31,155 bases of DNA from a virus (IMGVR_UViG_3300029473_000204); one strand, 5' to 3'. Shown: positions 17,563-26,606, counted from the stretch's first letter. Program-made: numbers and translations. The notes: a model not told the origin generated them from the letters alone.

Positions 17563-17707
17563 CCCGGAGACGAACGGTGATTTAAGTGCCGATATCCGGC
17601 AGCTTGAGAACGCGCTGGCACGCTGTGCCAGCCAGGTAAAAATGATTAAACACTGTCAGGACGAAAACGATGCTCAAACCCGACAGCCTGCGCAGGGCGC
17701 TGACTGA
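17417..17707 (+). CDS. lysC: LysC, Rz1-like outer-membrane lipoprotein spanin, 96 aa, overlapping lysB in another frame
   Basis: MRTKIFAAGTVLTCLMLCAGC has a signal peptide and lipobox (LCAGC) and is followed by a proline-rich segment. It starts inside lysB in a different frame and extends past its end. 96 aa as in P2. Confidence 0.75.
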   Translation: MRTKIFAAGTVLTCLMLCAGCTSAPPAPTPVIVANACPKVSLCPMPGSDPETNGDLSADIRQLENALARCASQVKMIKHCQDENDAQTRQPAQGAD

Positions 17708-18137
17708 TGCCGTCACGGTGCTGAAAACTAACCCCGATATGCTGCGGATATTCGTGGATAACGGGAGTATTGCCTCCACACTGGCGGCGTCGCTGTCATT
17801 CGAAAAGCGTTACACGCTCAATGTGATTGTGACCGACTTTACCGGTGATTTTGACCTGCTCATCGTGCCGGTGCTGGCGTGGCTGCGGGAAAATCAGCCC
17901 GACATCATGACCACCGACGCAGGCCAGAAAAAGGGATTCACGTTTTATGCAGACATCAACAATGACAGCAGCTTTGATATCAGCATCAGCCTGATGCTGA
18001 CCGAGCGCACGCTGGTCAGTGAGGTGGACGGCGCACTGCATGTGAAGAATATCCCGGAACCCCCGCCGCCGGAGCCGGTCACCCGCCCGGTGGAGCTTTA
18101 TATCAATGGCGAACTGGTGAGCAAGTGGGATGAATGA
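17670..18137 (+). CDS. R: Tail completion protein R, 155 aa
   Basis: 155 aa, the same length and position as P2 R. Confidence 0.85.
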   Translation: MLKPDSLRRALTDAVTVLKTNPDMLRIFVDNGSIASTLAASLSFEKRYTLNVIVTDFTGDFDLLIVPVLAWLRENQPDIMTTDAGQKKGFTFYADINNDSSFDISISLMLTERTLVSEVDGALHVKNIPEPPPPEPVTRPVELYINGELVSKWDE

Positions 18138-18582
18138 GTTTAAGCGTTTTGAAGACCGGCTGACCGGACTGATTGAATCGCTGTCACCGTCAGGGCGTCG
18201 GCGACTGAGCGCCGAACTGGCAAAACGTCTGCGACAGAGTCAGCAGCGTCGGGTGATGGCTCAGAAAGCCCCGGACGGCACACCCTACGCGCCACGCCAG
18301 CAGCAGAGCGCCAGAAAAAAGACTGGTCGTGTTAAGCGAAAAATGTTTGCGAAACTTATCACCAGTCGTTTTTTGCATATCCGCGCCAGCCCGGAACAGG
18401 CATCAATGGAGTTTTACGGCGGGAAGTCACCGAAAATCGCCAGCGTGCATCAGTTCGGTCTGTCGGAAGAAACCCGGAAAGACGGTAAGAAAATTGATTA
18501 TCCGGCACGTCCTCTGCTCGGCTTTACCGGTGAGGATGTGCAGATGATTGAAGAGATTATTCTGGCTCACCTCGACCGTTAG
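18130..18582 (+). CDS. S: Tail completion protein S, 150 aa
   Basis: 150 aa, the same length and position as P2 S. Confidence 0.85.
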   Translation: MNEFKRFEDRLTGLIESLSPSGRRRLSAELAKRLRQSQQRRVMAQKAPDGTPYAPRQQQSARKKTGRVKRKMFAKLITSRFLHIRASPEQASMEFYGGKSPKIASVHQFGLSEETRKDGKKIDYPARPLLGFTGEDVQMIEEIILAHLDR

Positions 18583-18648
18583 TTGTGCCATTCCTGACAC
18601 CTCATCGTCACATTGCCGCCGGTATGACCCGGCGGCATCCTTCCCGTT

Positions 18649-19284
18649 ATGAACACTCTCGCAAATATCCAGGAACTCGCGCGCGCACTGCGCAACATGA
18701 TTCGCACCGGCCTTGTTGTCGAAACCAACCTTAACGCCGGTCGCTGCCGTGTGCAGACCGGCGGCATGTGCACCGACTGGCTTCAGTGGCTGACCCATCG
18801 CGCCGGACGTTCGCGCACATGGTGGGCACCTTCCGTGGGGGAGCAGGTGCTGATTCTGGCCGTGGGCGGTGAACTCGACACGGCGTTCGTTCTGCCGGGG
18901 ATTTATTCCGGCGATAACCCTCCGCCGTCTGCGTCGGCGGATGCCCTGCATATCCGTTTCCCTGACGGGGCGGTGATTGAGTATGAACCTGAAACCAGTG
19001 CACTGACGGTAAGCGGAATTAAAACGGCCAGCGTGACGGCTTCTGATTCTGTTACCGCCACGGTGCCGGTGGTCACGGTGAAAGCGTCAACCCGTGTCAC
19101 CCTGGACACACCGGAAGTGGTCTGCACTAACAAACTGACTACCGGCACGCTGGAAGTGCAGAAGGGCGGAACGATGCACGGCAACATTGAACATACCGGT
19201 GGTGAACTCTCATCAAACGGTAAGGTACTGCATACCCATAAACACCCCGGCGACAGCGGCGGCACAACCGGGGGACCTCTATGA
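18649..19284 (+). CDS. V: Baseplate spike protein V, 211 aa
   Basis: 211 aa, the same as P2 V. Confidence 0.85.
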   Translation: MNTLANIQELARALRNMIRTGLVVETNLNAGRCRVQTGGMCTDWLQWLTHRAGRSRTWWAPSVGEQVLILAVGGELDTAFVLPGIYSGDNPPPSASADALHIRFPDGAVIEYEPETSALTVSGIKTASVTASDSVTATVPVVTVKASTRVTLDTPEVVCTNKLTTGTLEVQKGGTMHGNIEHTGGELSSNGKVLHTHKHPGDSGGTTGGPL

Positions 19285-19628
19285 CTGCGCGTTATCTCGG
19301 AATGAATCGCAGTGATGGCCTGACTGTCACTGACCTTGAGCATATCAGCCAGAGTATCGGCGATATCCTGCGCACGCCGGTCGGCTCACGGGTGATGCGT
19401 CGTGATTACGGCTCGTTGCTGGCGTCAATGATTGACCAGCCGCAGACCCCGGCGCTTGAGTTGCAGATTAAGGTCGCCTGTTACATGGCCGTGCTGAAAT
19501 GGGAACCCCGCGTCACCCTGTCATCCGTCACCACGGCGCGCAGTTTTGACGGGCGAATGACGGTCACGTTAACCGGTCAGCACAACGACACCGGCCAGCC
19601 ACTTTCGTTAACCATCCCTGTGAGTTGA
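19281..19628 (+). CDS. W: Baseplate protein W (lysozyme-like wedge component), 115 aa
   Basis: 115 aa, the same as P2 W. Start overlaps the V stop. Confidence 0.85.
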   Translation: MTARYLGMNRSDGLTVTDLEHISQSIGDILRTPVGSRVMRRDYGSLLASMIDQPQTPALELQIKVACYMAVLKWEPRVTLSSVTTARSFDGRMTVTLTGQHNDTGQPLSLTIPVS

Positions 19629-19632
19629 AACC

Positions 19633-20541
19633 ATGCCGATTATCGACCTGAACCAGCTACCCGCACCGGATGTGGTCGAGGAGCTGGACTTTGAAACCAT
19701 TCTTGCCGAACGCAAGGCGACACTGATTTCCCTTTACCCGGAAGACCAGCAGGAGGCGGTTGCCCGTACCCTGACGCTGGAATCCGAGCCTCTCGTCAAA
19801 CTGCTGGAGGAAAATGCTTATCGTGAGCTTATCTGGCGTCAGCGTGTGAATGAGGCCGCACGGGCGGTAATGCTGGCCTGTGCCGCCGGTAATGACCTTG
19901 ATGTGATTGGTGCCAATTACAACACCACGCGTCTGATTATCACCCCGGCAGATGATTCGACTATCCCGCCGACACCGGCAGTGATGGAGTCTGACACCGA
20001 TTATCGTCTGCGTATTCAGCAGGCGTTTGAGGGCTTAAGCGTCGCCGGGTCGGTGGGAGCCTATCAGTATCATGGTCGCAGTGCTGACGGACGTGTCGCG
20101 GATATCTCTGTCACCAGTCCGTCTCCGGCCTGCGTCACTATCTCCGTGCTGTCACGTGAAAATAACGGTGTTGCATCCGAAGACCTGCTGGCCGTGGTGC
20201 GTAACGCCCTTAATGGCGAGGACGTCAGGCCGGTGGCCGACCGCGTGACCGTGCAGTCTGCCGCCATTGTTGAATATCAGATAAACGCCACGCTTTACCT
20301 TTACCCAGGTCCCGAAAGCGAACCCATCCGCGCTGCTGCCGTGAAAAAACTGGAAGCGTACATCACGGCACAGCACCGGCTTGGGCGCGACATCCGTCTG
20401 TCTGCCATTTATGCCGCTTTGCATGTAGAAGGCGTGCAGCGTGTCGAGCTGGCCGCACCACTGGCCGACATCGTGCTCAACAGTACGCAGGCGTCTTTCT
20501 GTACCGAATACCGCGTCGTGACCGGAGGCTCGGATGAGTGA
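19633..20541 (+). CDS. J: Baseplate protein J, 302 aa
   Basis: 302 aa, the same as P2 J. Confidence 0.85.
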   Translation: MPIIDLNQLPAPDVVEELDFETILAERKATLISLYPEDQQEAVARTLTLESEPLVKLLEENAYRELIWRQRVNEAARAVMLACAAGNDLDVIGANYNTTRLIITPADDSTIPPTPAVMESDTDYRLRIQQAFEGLSVAGSVGAYQYHGRSADGRVADISVTSPSPACVTISVLSRENNGVASEDLLAVVRNALNGEDVRPVADRVTVQSAAIVEYQINATLYLYPGPESEPIRAAAVKKLEAYITAQHRLGRDIRLSAIYAALHVEGVQRVELAAPLADIVLNSTQASFCTEYRVVTGGSDE

Positions 20542-21145
20542 TTCGCGCCTGCTGCCGACCGGCTCATCACCGCTTGAAGTCGCCGCCGCAAGAGCCTGTG
20601 CGGAAATTGAAAAAACGCCGGTCAGTATTCGTGAGCTGTGGAACCCGGATACCTGTCCGGCAAATCTGCTGCCGTGGCTGGCGTGGTCATTTTCGGTTGA
20701 CCGCTGGGATGATAAGTGGCCGGAAGCGACAAAACGCGCTGTTATCCGCGATGCGTATTTCATTCACTGCCATAAGGGCACTATTGGTGCGATTCGCCGT
20801 GTGGTGGAGCCGCTCGGCTATCTGATTGAGGTGAGGGAGTGGTGGCAGCTCAACGAGGAGCCGGGGACGTTCCGTATCGTTGTTGGCGTGCTTGAGCAGG
20901 GTATTACCGAAGAAATGTATCAGGAGCTGGAGCGTCTCGTTGCTGATGCAAAACCGGCAAGCCGCCATCTGACGGGACTGGCTATCAGTTTAAGTACAAC
21001 CGGCAACATTTTTGCCGGTGCGGGATGCTATCACGGTGACGCCCTGACGGTTTATCCCTACACCCCGGAGGCCATTATTGTCGGAGGGGATTATTTCCCG
21101 GCCTCGGCCATTCATTTAATTGATAACCTGAGAGTAAACGCATGA
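20534..21145 (+). CDS. I: Baseplate/tail-fibre attachment protein I, 203 aa
   Basis: N-terminus MSDSRLLPTGSSPLEVAAA matches P2 I as I recall it. Somewhat longer than P2 I (about 176 aa). Confidence 0.8.
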   Translation: MSDSRLLPTGSSPLEVAAARACAEIEKTPVSIRELWNPDTCPANLLPWLAWSFSVDRWDDKWPEATKRAVIRDAYFIHCHKGTIGAIRRVVEPLGYLIEVREWWQLNEEPGTFRIVVGVLEQGITEEMYQELERLVADAKPASRHLTGLAISLSTTGNIFAGAGCYHGDALTVYPYTPEAIIVGGDYFPASAIHLIDNLRVNA

Positions 21146-22317
21146 CAGTGAAATACTACGCCATTCTGACTAATCAGGGCGCAGCACGGCTGGCTAACGC
21201 GACGATGCTCGGCAGTAAGCTGAATCTGACGCAAATGGCCGTTGGTGATGCGAATGGTGTCTTGCCGACCCCAGACCCGGCACAGACAAAACTGATTAAC
21301 CAGAAACGCATCGCGCCGCTGAATCTTCTGAGTGTTGACCCGAACAACCAGAGCCAGATTATTGCGGAGCAAATCATCCCTGAGAACGAGGGCGGATTCT
21401 GGATCCGTGAGATTGGGCTTTATGATGATGAAGGCGTACTCATTGCGGTGGCGAACTGCCCGGAAACGTACAAACCGCAGTTGCAGGAAGGCAGTGGTCG
21501 TACCCAGACTATCCGCATGATTCTGGTTGTCACGAATACCGAAGCCATCACGCTGAAAATCGACCCGTCGGTGGTACTGGCGACCCGTAAATACGTGGAT
21601 GATGAAGTCCTGGAATTAAAGCTGTATGTGGATGACCAGATGAGGAACCACATTGCCGCACAGGATCCTCATACCCAGTATGCGCAGAAACATAATCCGA
21701 CATTTACCGGAGAACCAAAAGCGCCGACGCCTGCCGCAGGAAATAACACCACGCGGATTGCGACTACTGCGTTTGTTCAGGCCGCTATTACCGCTCTGAT
21801 TAACGGTGCGCCAGCCACGCTGGACACACTGAAAGAAATTGCCGCGGCCATTAACAATGACCCGAAATTCAGCACCACCATTAACAATGCGCTGTCAGGT
21901 AAGCAGCCACTGGATGAGACGCTGACTCATTTGAGTGGAAAGGATGTTGCCGGTCTTCTCGCATACCTTGGTTTGGGAGAATTATCTCTGGCTGGCACTG
22001 CATCGGGTGTCATTGGCCTGAATGGGTATGTAACGATCCCGTTAATTATTTCAGGTTCCCGGAGAACACTGATTATTCAGTGGGGGCAGGCGAGATTTGG
22101 TGGGTCTGGTGGTGAAGATGCCGGATATCTTAACGATTTTCCTTTTGCCTTTCCGTCAGCATGTTATGGAATGATAGTTAGTCATGTGGGGCATACACCT
22201 TCAGGCGCAGGAATCCTGTCGGCTTCTGCAATTACATCAAATCAGTTCCGCGGTTTTTCAAGCATAGCGACTGCTGCAAACGCTGTATTAGGTCGTTATA
22301 TCGCTATAGGGGTGTAA
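21142..22317 (+). CDS. H: Tail fibre protein H, 391 aa; the C-terminal roughly 112 aa lie inside the invertible segment
   Basis: N-terminus MTVKYYAILTNQGAARLANA is the conserved P2 H N-terminal region. It is much shorter than P2 H (669 aa), and the C-terminal region is AT-richer and downstream of the crossover site. Confidence 0.85.
   Translation: MTVKYYAILTNQGAARLANATMLGSKLNLTQMAVGDANGVLPTPDPAQTKLINQKRIAPLNLLSVDPNNQSQIIAEQIIPENEGGFWIREIGLYDDEGVLIAVANCPETYKPQLQEGSGRTQTIRMILVVTNTEAITLKIDPSVVLATRKYVDDEVLELKLYVDDQMRNHIAAQDPHTQYAQKHNPTFTGEPKAPTPAAGNNTTRIATTAFVQAAITALINGAPATLDTLKEIAAAINNDPKFSTTINNALSGKQPLDETLTHLSGKDVAGLLAYLGLGELSLAGTASGVIGLNGYVTIPLIISGSRRTLIIQWGQARFGGSGGEDAGYLNDFPFAFPSACYGMIVSHVGHTPSGAGILSASAITSNQFRGFSSIATAANAVLGRYIAIGV
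21956..21981. repeat. Left crossover site for the DNA invertase (hix/gix-like), inside H
   Basis: TTCTCGCATACCTTGGTTTGGGAGAA. Its last 14 nt (TTGGTTTGGGAGAA, 21968-21981) are the exact reverse complement of 23819-23832, and it encodes LGLGE at the constant/variable junction of H. Confidence 0.65.
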
Positions 22318-22318
22318 T

Positions 22319-22756
22319 ATGTTTTATAGTCCATCTTTAAACATTTTTGTGAATCCTGCACTTAAGGATGATTACATTAATGCAAATTCATGGCCAGATG
22401 ATGCTCTGGCTGTCAGTGACGATGTTTATAATGAATTTGCAATAAATACGCCCCCAGATGGCAAAATTCGTGTTGCAGGAGAAAATGGATTACCCACATG
22501 GGCACTAATACCTTCACCATCACATGAAGAACTTATTCAACAGGCAGAATCAGAAAGGCAATTATTGCTTAATCAGGCCAACGAATACATGAACAGTAAA
22601 CAATGGCCCGGTAAAGCCGCTATTGGTCGTCTGAAAGACGAGGAACTGGCGCAATATAATTTGTGGCTGGATTACCTGGACGCACTGGAGCTGGTTGATA
22701 CCTCCAGTGTGCCAGATATTGAATGGCCTACGCCTCCGGCAGTTCAGGCCAGATGA
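22319..22756 (+). CDS. G: Tail fibre assembly chaperone (Tfa; P2 G equivalent), 145 aa
   Basis: Immediately after H. C-terminus LWLDYLDALELVDTSSVPDIEWPTPP is typical of Tfa chaperones. Confidence 0.8.
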   Translation: MFYSPSLNIFVNPALKDDYINANSWPDDALAVSDDVYNEFAINTPPDGKIRVAGENGLPTWALIPSPSHEELIQQAESERQLLLNQANEYMNSKQWPGKAAIGRLKDEELAQYNLWLDYLDALELVDTSSVPDIEWPTPPAVQAR

Positions 22757-23330
22757 CATCCGGCGCTGTGCTGGTATCTGTTGCCGTCACCGCGTCAATG
22801 TAATCCAGCACAGTGTTAAGTCGGGTGGTCTCTGCCTGCATCAGCTTCCGCCCGGCCTGCAATTTAAGTTGAATCAGACTAATGGAAGCCATTGCAGTAT
22901 TAATCAGTGACTGACGCTGTACTTCTGCCGCGTCTACTGCGGCGCTATGCTGTGCCTCAGTATCGGTCACCCATTTCTTACCATCCCATTTATCGAATGG
23001 CGTTAACGGGGCGATAGTGGTTGTATTTTCAGGATAATCACCCGGAGCTGTGATTTCTTTGGCGTCTCCCGTTTCGGTTTTATAGACGATTTCACCGCGA
23101 TGGTCTGGCACATATTCCCATGAGTTAAAATCTGCAGAACGGCAGATTGCATAACCAGCTTTATGTGTAACTGGTGCATCTAAACAAGAACATGCCGGGA
23201 TACCGACGCCAACCGCAAGATATTCAGTTGATGTGGAAATATATTCCCGCGTTTCACCATCATAATTATAAATGGTAATGTCTCCCGCTTTTATGGCAAT
23301 GAGTTCGTTATTTAATACGGCTTTATTCAT
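22728..23330 (-). CDS. Alternative tail fibre assembly chaperone (Tfa'), inverted orientation, 200 aa
   Basis: C-terminus NTVLDYIDAVTATDTSTAPDVIWPELPEA is a Tfa-type tail. It converges on, and overlaps by 29 bp, the plus-strand tfa. Confidence 0.75.
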   Translation of the reverse strand: MNKAVLNNELIAIKAGDITIYNYDGETREYISTSTEYLAVGVGIPACSCLDAPVTHKAGYAICRSADFNSWEYVPDHRGEIVYKTETGDAKEITAPGDYPENTTTIAPLTPFDKWDGKKWVTDTEAQHSAAVDAAEVQRQSLINTAMASISLIQLKLQAGRKLMQAETTRLNTVLDYIDAVTATDTSTAPDVIWPELPEA

Positions 23331-23872
23331 CAGGCAGCCCTCACGATATAGTTAAATGCAATATTCCGTGGACGGGTTTCATTTATCCCATATGCTGTTG
23401 TTCTCTGATTCCCGACAAAATATCCATTTGGATTAGAAGATACAGAATAATCATCAAAATCAAGTGGGCTATCAGCACCCGGCGTCAGGCTTGCAATATA
23501 TCCTCTTCCCATAACTTCTGATGCTGGTATTTCTTTTGTACGATAATCACTAACTCTGAAGAGCTGCCCTTGGTGGGTGTGTGATTCCACTCCTCCATTC
23601 TGAAGACTTAGCAAGGCACGTACAGCATCAATACCACGCCCGTCATCCCAGCCACGAATAAACTCACCACGTAAATCAGGCAATTTATTTGTCGGATAAG
23701 CCTTTGCCAGTTCCGGGTATTCTTCAGCAGAAAAAGCGGCACCGTTGCATTTCAGCCAGCCTGTTGGCGGAGTGGCTGAAGGCCACGGAACAGGCACCCC
23801 AACCGGTAATGCAGAGCCTTCTCCCAAACCAACGTTTATGAAAATGCAGAGATAACGGGCAAGTGGCATCAT
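23330..23872 (-). CDS. Alternative tail fibre C-terminal (receptor-binding) cassette, currently silent; the first roughly 18 codons of the track ORF are probably not translated
   Basis: Minus-strand ORF with no promoter or ribosome-binding-site context. The right crossover site lies inside its 5' end, encoding the same GLGE junction in inverted orientation. Inversion would fuse residues GSALPVGVPVPWPSATPPTGW... to the constant part of H. Confidence 0.65.
   Translation of the reverse strand: MMPLARYLCIFINVGLGEGSALPVGVPVPWPSATPPTGWLKCNGAAFSAEEYPELAKAYPTNKLPDLRGEFIRGWDDGRGIDAVRALLSLQNGGVESHTHQGQLFRVSDYRTKEIPASEVMGRGYIASLTPGADSPLDFDDYSVSSNPNGYFVGNQRTTAYGINETRPRNIAFNYIVRAA
23819..23844. repeat. 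Right crossover site for the DNA invertase (hix/gix-like)
   Basis: TTCTCCCAAACCAACGTTTATGAAAA resembles the hixL/gix consensus (TTCTTGAAAACCAAGGTTTTTGATAA as I recall it), with imperfect dyad symmetry. It is the inverted partner of 21956-21981. Confidence 0.65.
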
Positions 23873-23899
23873 CTCCGGTTTTTATTCAGGGGGGTGCTC

Positions 23900-24493
23900 A
23901 TGCTTATTGGCTATGTACGCGTATCAACAAATGACCAGAACACGGAATTGCAGCGTAACGCGCTGGAGTGCGCGGGATGTGAGCGGATTTTTGAGGACAA
24001 AATCAGCGGCACGAAGTCCGACAGGCCGGGACTGAAAAAACTGCTCAGGACATTATCGGAGGGGGATACACTGGTAGTCTGGAAGCTGGACCGGCTGGGA
24101 CGTAGTATGCGGCATCTGGTCATTCTGGTTGAGGAGCTGCGCGAACGCGGCATTAATTTTCGCAGCCTGACGGATGCCATTGATACCAGCACGCCGATGG
24201 GACGTTTTTTCTTTCATGTGATGGGTGCCCTGGCTGAAATGGAGCGAGAACTCATTGTCGAGCGGACACGCGCCGGACTGGAAGCGGCCAGAGCCAAAGG
24301 GCGTATTGGTGGCAGACGTCCGAAGCTCACCGCGAGTGAGTGGGAACAGGCAGGACGGTTGCTGGCTGCGGGTGAATCACGTCAACGCGTGGCGCTGATT
24401 TTTGATATTGGCCTGTCCACGCTCTATAAAAAATTCCCCTCATCAGCGGCAAAGAATAAATTGTGTCATCCCTTAGCCAACCGGGACAAATAG
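23900..24493 (+). CDS. Serine recombinase, DNA invertase of the Hin/Gin/Cin/Pin family, about 197 aa
   Basis: N-terminus MLIGYVRVSTNDQNTELQ carries the catalytic serine motif of resolvase/invertase enzymes; GRRPKL and a C-terminal HTH follow. It lies directly next to the crossover site. The track start at 23894 is a GTG two codons upstream. Confidence 0.85.
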   Translation: MLIGYVRVSTNDQNTELQRNALECAGCERIFEDKISGTKSDRPGLKKLLRTLSEGDTLVVWKLDRLGRSMRHLVILVEELRERGINFRSLTDAIDTSTPMGRFFFHVMGALAEMERELIVERTRAGLEAARAKGRIGGRRPKLTASEWEQAGRLLAAGESRQRVALIFDIGLSTLYKKFPSSAAKNKLCHPLANRDK

Positions 24494-24552
24494 CCTGACA
24501 TCTCCGGCACAACTGAAAATAACACTCACCCATTAACCACGGAGTTAAACGG

Positions 24553-25743
24553 ATGAGTGACTATCATCACGGCGTGCAGGTGCTGGAGATTAACGACGGC
24601 ACCCGCGTCATTTCCACCGTATCCACCGCCATTGTTGGCATGGTCTGCACGGCCAGCGATGCGGATGCGGAAACCTTCCCCGTCAATAAACCGGTGCTGA
24701 TCACCAATGTGCAGAGCGCGATTGCAAAGGCCGGTAAAAAAGGCACGCTGGCGGCATCGTTGCAGGCCATCGCTGACCAGTCAAAACCGGTCACCGTTGT
24801 CGTGCGCGTGGAAGACGGAACCGGCGACGACGAAGAAACGAAACTCGCGCAGACCGTTTCCAATATCATCGGCACCACTGACGAAAACGGTCAGTACACC
24901 GGACTGAAAGCCCTGCTGGCGGCGGAGTCGGTAACCGGTGTTAAACCGCGTATTCTCGGTGTGCCGGGACTGGATACCAAAGAGGTGGCTGTTGCACTGG
25001 CATCCGTCTGTCAGAAGCTGCGCGCTTTCGGATATATCAGCGCGTGGGGCTGTAAGACCATTTCCGAGGTGAAAGCCTACCGCCAGAATTTCAGCCAGCG
25101 TGAGCTGATGGTCATCTGGCCGGATTTCCTCGCATGGGATACAGTCACCAGTACCACCGCCACCGCGTATGCCACCGCCCGTGCGCTGGGTCTGCGCGCT
25201 AAAATCGACCAGGAGCAGGGCTGGCATAAAACGCTGTCCAACGTCGGGGTAAACGGTGTTACCGGCATCAGCGCGTCCGTATTCTGGGATTTGCAGGAGT
25301 CCGGCACCGATGCTGACCTGCTTAACGAGTCTGGCGTCACAACGCTGATTCGCCGCGACGGTTTCCGCTTCTGGGGTAACCGTACCTGCTCTGATGACCC
25401 GCTGTTCCTCTTTGAAAACTACACCCGCACCGCGCAGGTGCTGGCCGACACGATGGCTGAGGCGCACATGTGGGCGGTGGACAAGCCCATCACCGCAACG
25501 CTGATTCGCGACATCGTTGACGGCATTAATGCCAAATTCCGTGAGCTGAAAACAAACGGCTATATCGTGGATGCGACATGCTGGTTTAGCGAAGAATCCA
25601 ACGATGCGGAAACCCTCAAGGCCGGAAAACTGTATATCGACTACGACTATACACCGGTGCCTCCTCTCGAAAACCTGACCCTGCGCCAGCGTATTACCGA
25701 TAAATACCTGGCGAATCTGGTCACCTCGGTTAACAGCAATTAA
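24553..25743 (+). CDS. FI: Tail sheath protein FI, 396 aa
   Basis: 396 aa, the same as P2 FI. Confidence 0.9.
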   Translation: MSDYHHGVQVLEINDGTRVISTVSTAIVGMVCTASDADAETFPVNKPVLITNVQSAIAKAGKKGTLAASLQAIADQSKPVTVVVRVEDGTGDDEETKLAQTVSNIIGTTDENGQYTGLKALLAAESVTGVKPRILGVPGLDTKEVAVALASVCQKLRAFGYISAWGCKTISEVKAYRQNFSQRELMVIWPDFLAWDTVTSTTATAYATARALGLRAKIDQEQGWHKTLSNVGVNGVTGISASVFWDLQESGTDADLLNESGVTTLIRRDGFRFWGNRTCSDDPLFLFENYTRTAQVLADTMAEAHMWAVDKPITATLIRDIVDGINAKFRELKTNGYIVDATCWFSEESNDAETLKAGKLYIDYDYTPVPPLENLTLRQRITDKYLANLVTSVNSN

Positions 25744-25755
25744 GGAGCCTGACCG

Positions 25756-26274
25756 ATGGCAATGCCGCGCAAACTCAAGTTAATGAACGTCTTTCTGAAC
25801 GGCTACAGCTATCAGGGCGTCGCAAAGTCCGTCACGCTGCCAAAACTGACCCGTAAGCTCGAAAATTATCGCGGTGCGGGGATGAACGGCAGCGCACCGG
25901 TAGACCTCGGCCTTGATGACGATGCGCTGTCAATGGATTGGTCGCTCGGGGGCTTCCCGGATTCGGTTATCTGGGAGCTTTACGCCGCAACCGGTGTGGA
26001 TGCCGTACCGATTCGTTTTGCAGGCTCTTACCAGCGTGACGATACCGGCGAAACGGTGGCCGTCGAGGTGGTCATGCGTGGACGTCAGAAAGAAATCGAC
26101 ACCGGCGAGGGTAAACAGGGAGAAGACACTGAGTCGAAAATCTCCGTGGTCTGCACCTATTTCCGGCTGACGATGGACGGTAAGGAGCTGGTCGAAATTG
26201 ACACCATCAACATGATTGAGAAGGTGAACGGCGTCGACCGGCTGGAGCAACACCGCCGCAATATCGGCCTGTGA
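25756..26274 (+). CDS. FII: Tail tube protein FII, 172 aa
   Basis: 172 aa, the same as P2 FII. Confidence 0.9.
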   Translation: MAMPRKLKLMNVFLNGYSYQGVAKSVTLPKLTRKLENYRGAGMNGSAPVDLGLDDDALSMDWSLGGFPDSVIWELYAATGVDAVPIRFAGSYQRDDTGETVAVEVVMRGRQKEIDTGEGKQGEDTESKISVVCTYFRLTMDGKELVEIDTINMIEKVNGVDRLEQHRRNIGL

Positions 26275-26330
26275 TTTTCATCCGGTCAGCCTGGCTGGCC
26301 GGTTAACCCTGATTCAGAAGTGAGAAAACC

Positions 26331-26606
26331 ATGAACAAAGAAAATGTCATTACCCTGGACAATCCGGTCAAACGTGGTGAGCAGGTTATCGAACAGGTCA
26401 CGCTGATGAAACCCAATGCCGGGACGCTACGCGGTGTCAGTCTGGCTGCGGTTGCAAACTCCGAAGTCGATGCACTGATTAAGGTGCTGCCGCGCATGAC
26501 GGCACCGATGCTGACCGAGCAGGAAGTCGCCGCGCTGGAACTGCCTGACCTTGTGGCGCTGGCCGGTAAGGTGGTCGGTTTTTTGTCGCCGAACTCGGTG
26601 CAGTGA
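26331..26606 (+). CDS. E: Tail assembly chaperone E, 91 aa
   Basis: 91 aa, the same as P2 E, immediately upstream of the tape measure gene. Confidence 0.85.
   Translation: MNKENVITLDNPVKRGEQVIEQVTLMKPNAGTLRGVSLAAVANSEVDALIKVLPRMTAPMLTEQEVAALELPDLVALAGKVVGFLSPNSVQ

Larger units (their letters stand above)
21969..23831. other. Invertible tail-fibre host-range segment (about 1.86 kb), analogous to the Mu G and P1 C segments
   Basis: Bounded by inverted crossover sites. It holds the current H C-terminus plus tfa on the plus strand, and an alternative fibre C-terminus plus a second tfa on the minus strand. A Gin/Hin-type invertase gene is immediately adjacent. Confidence 0.65.
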
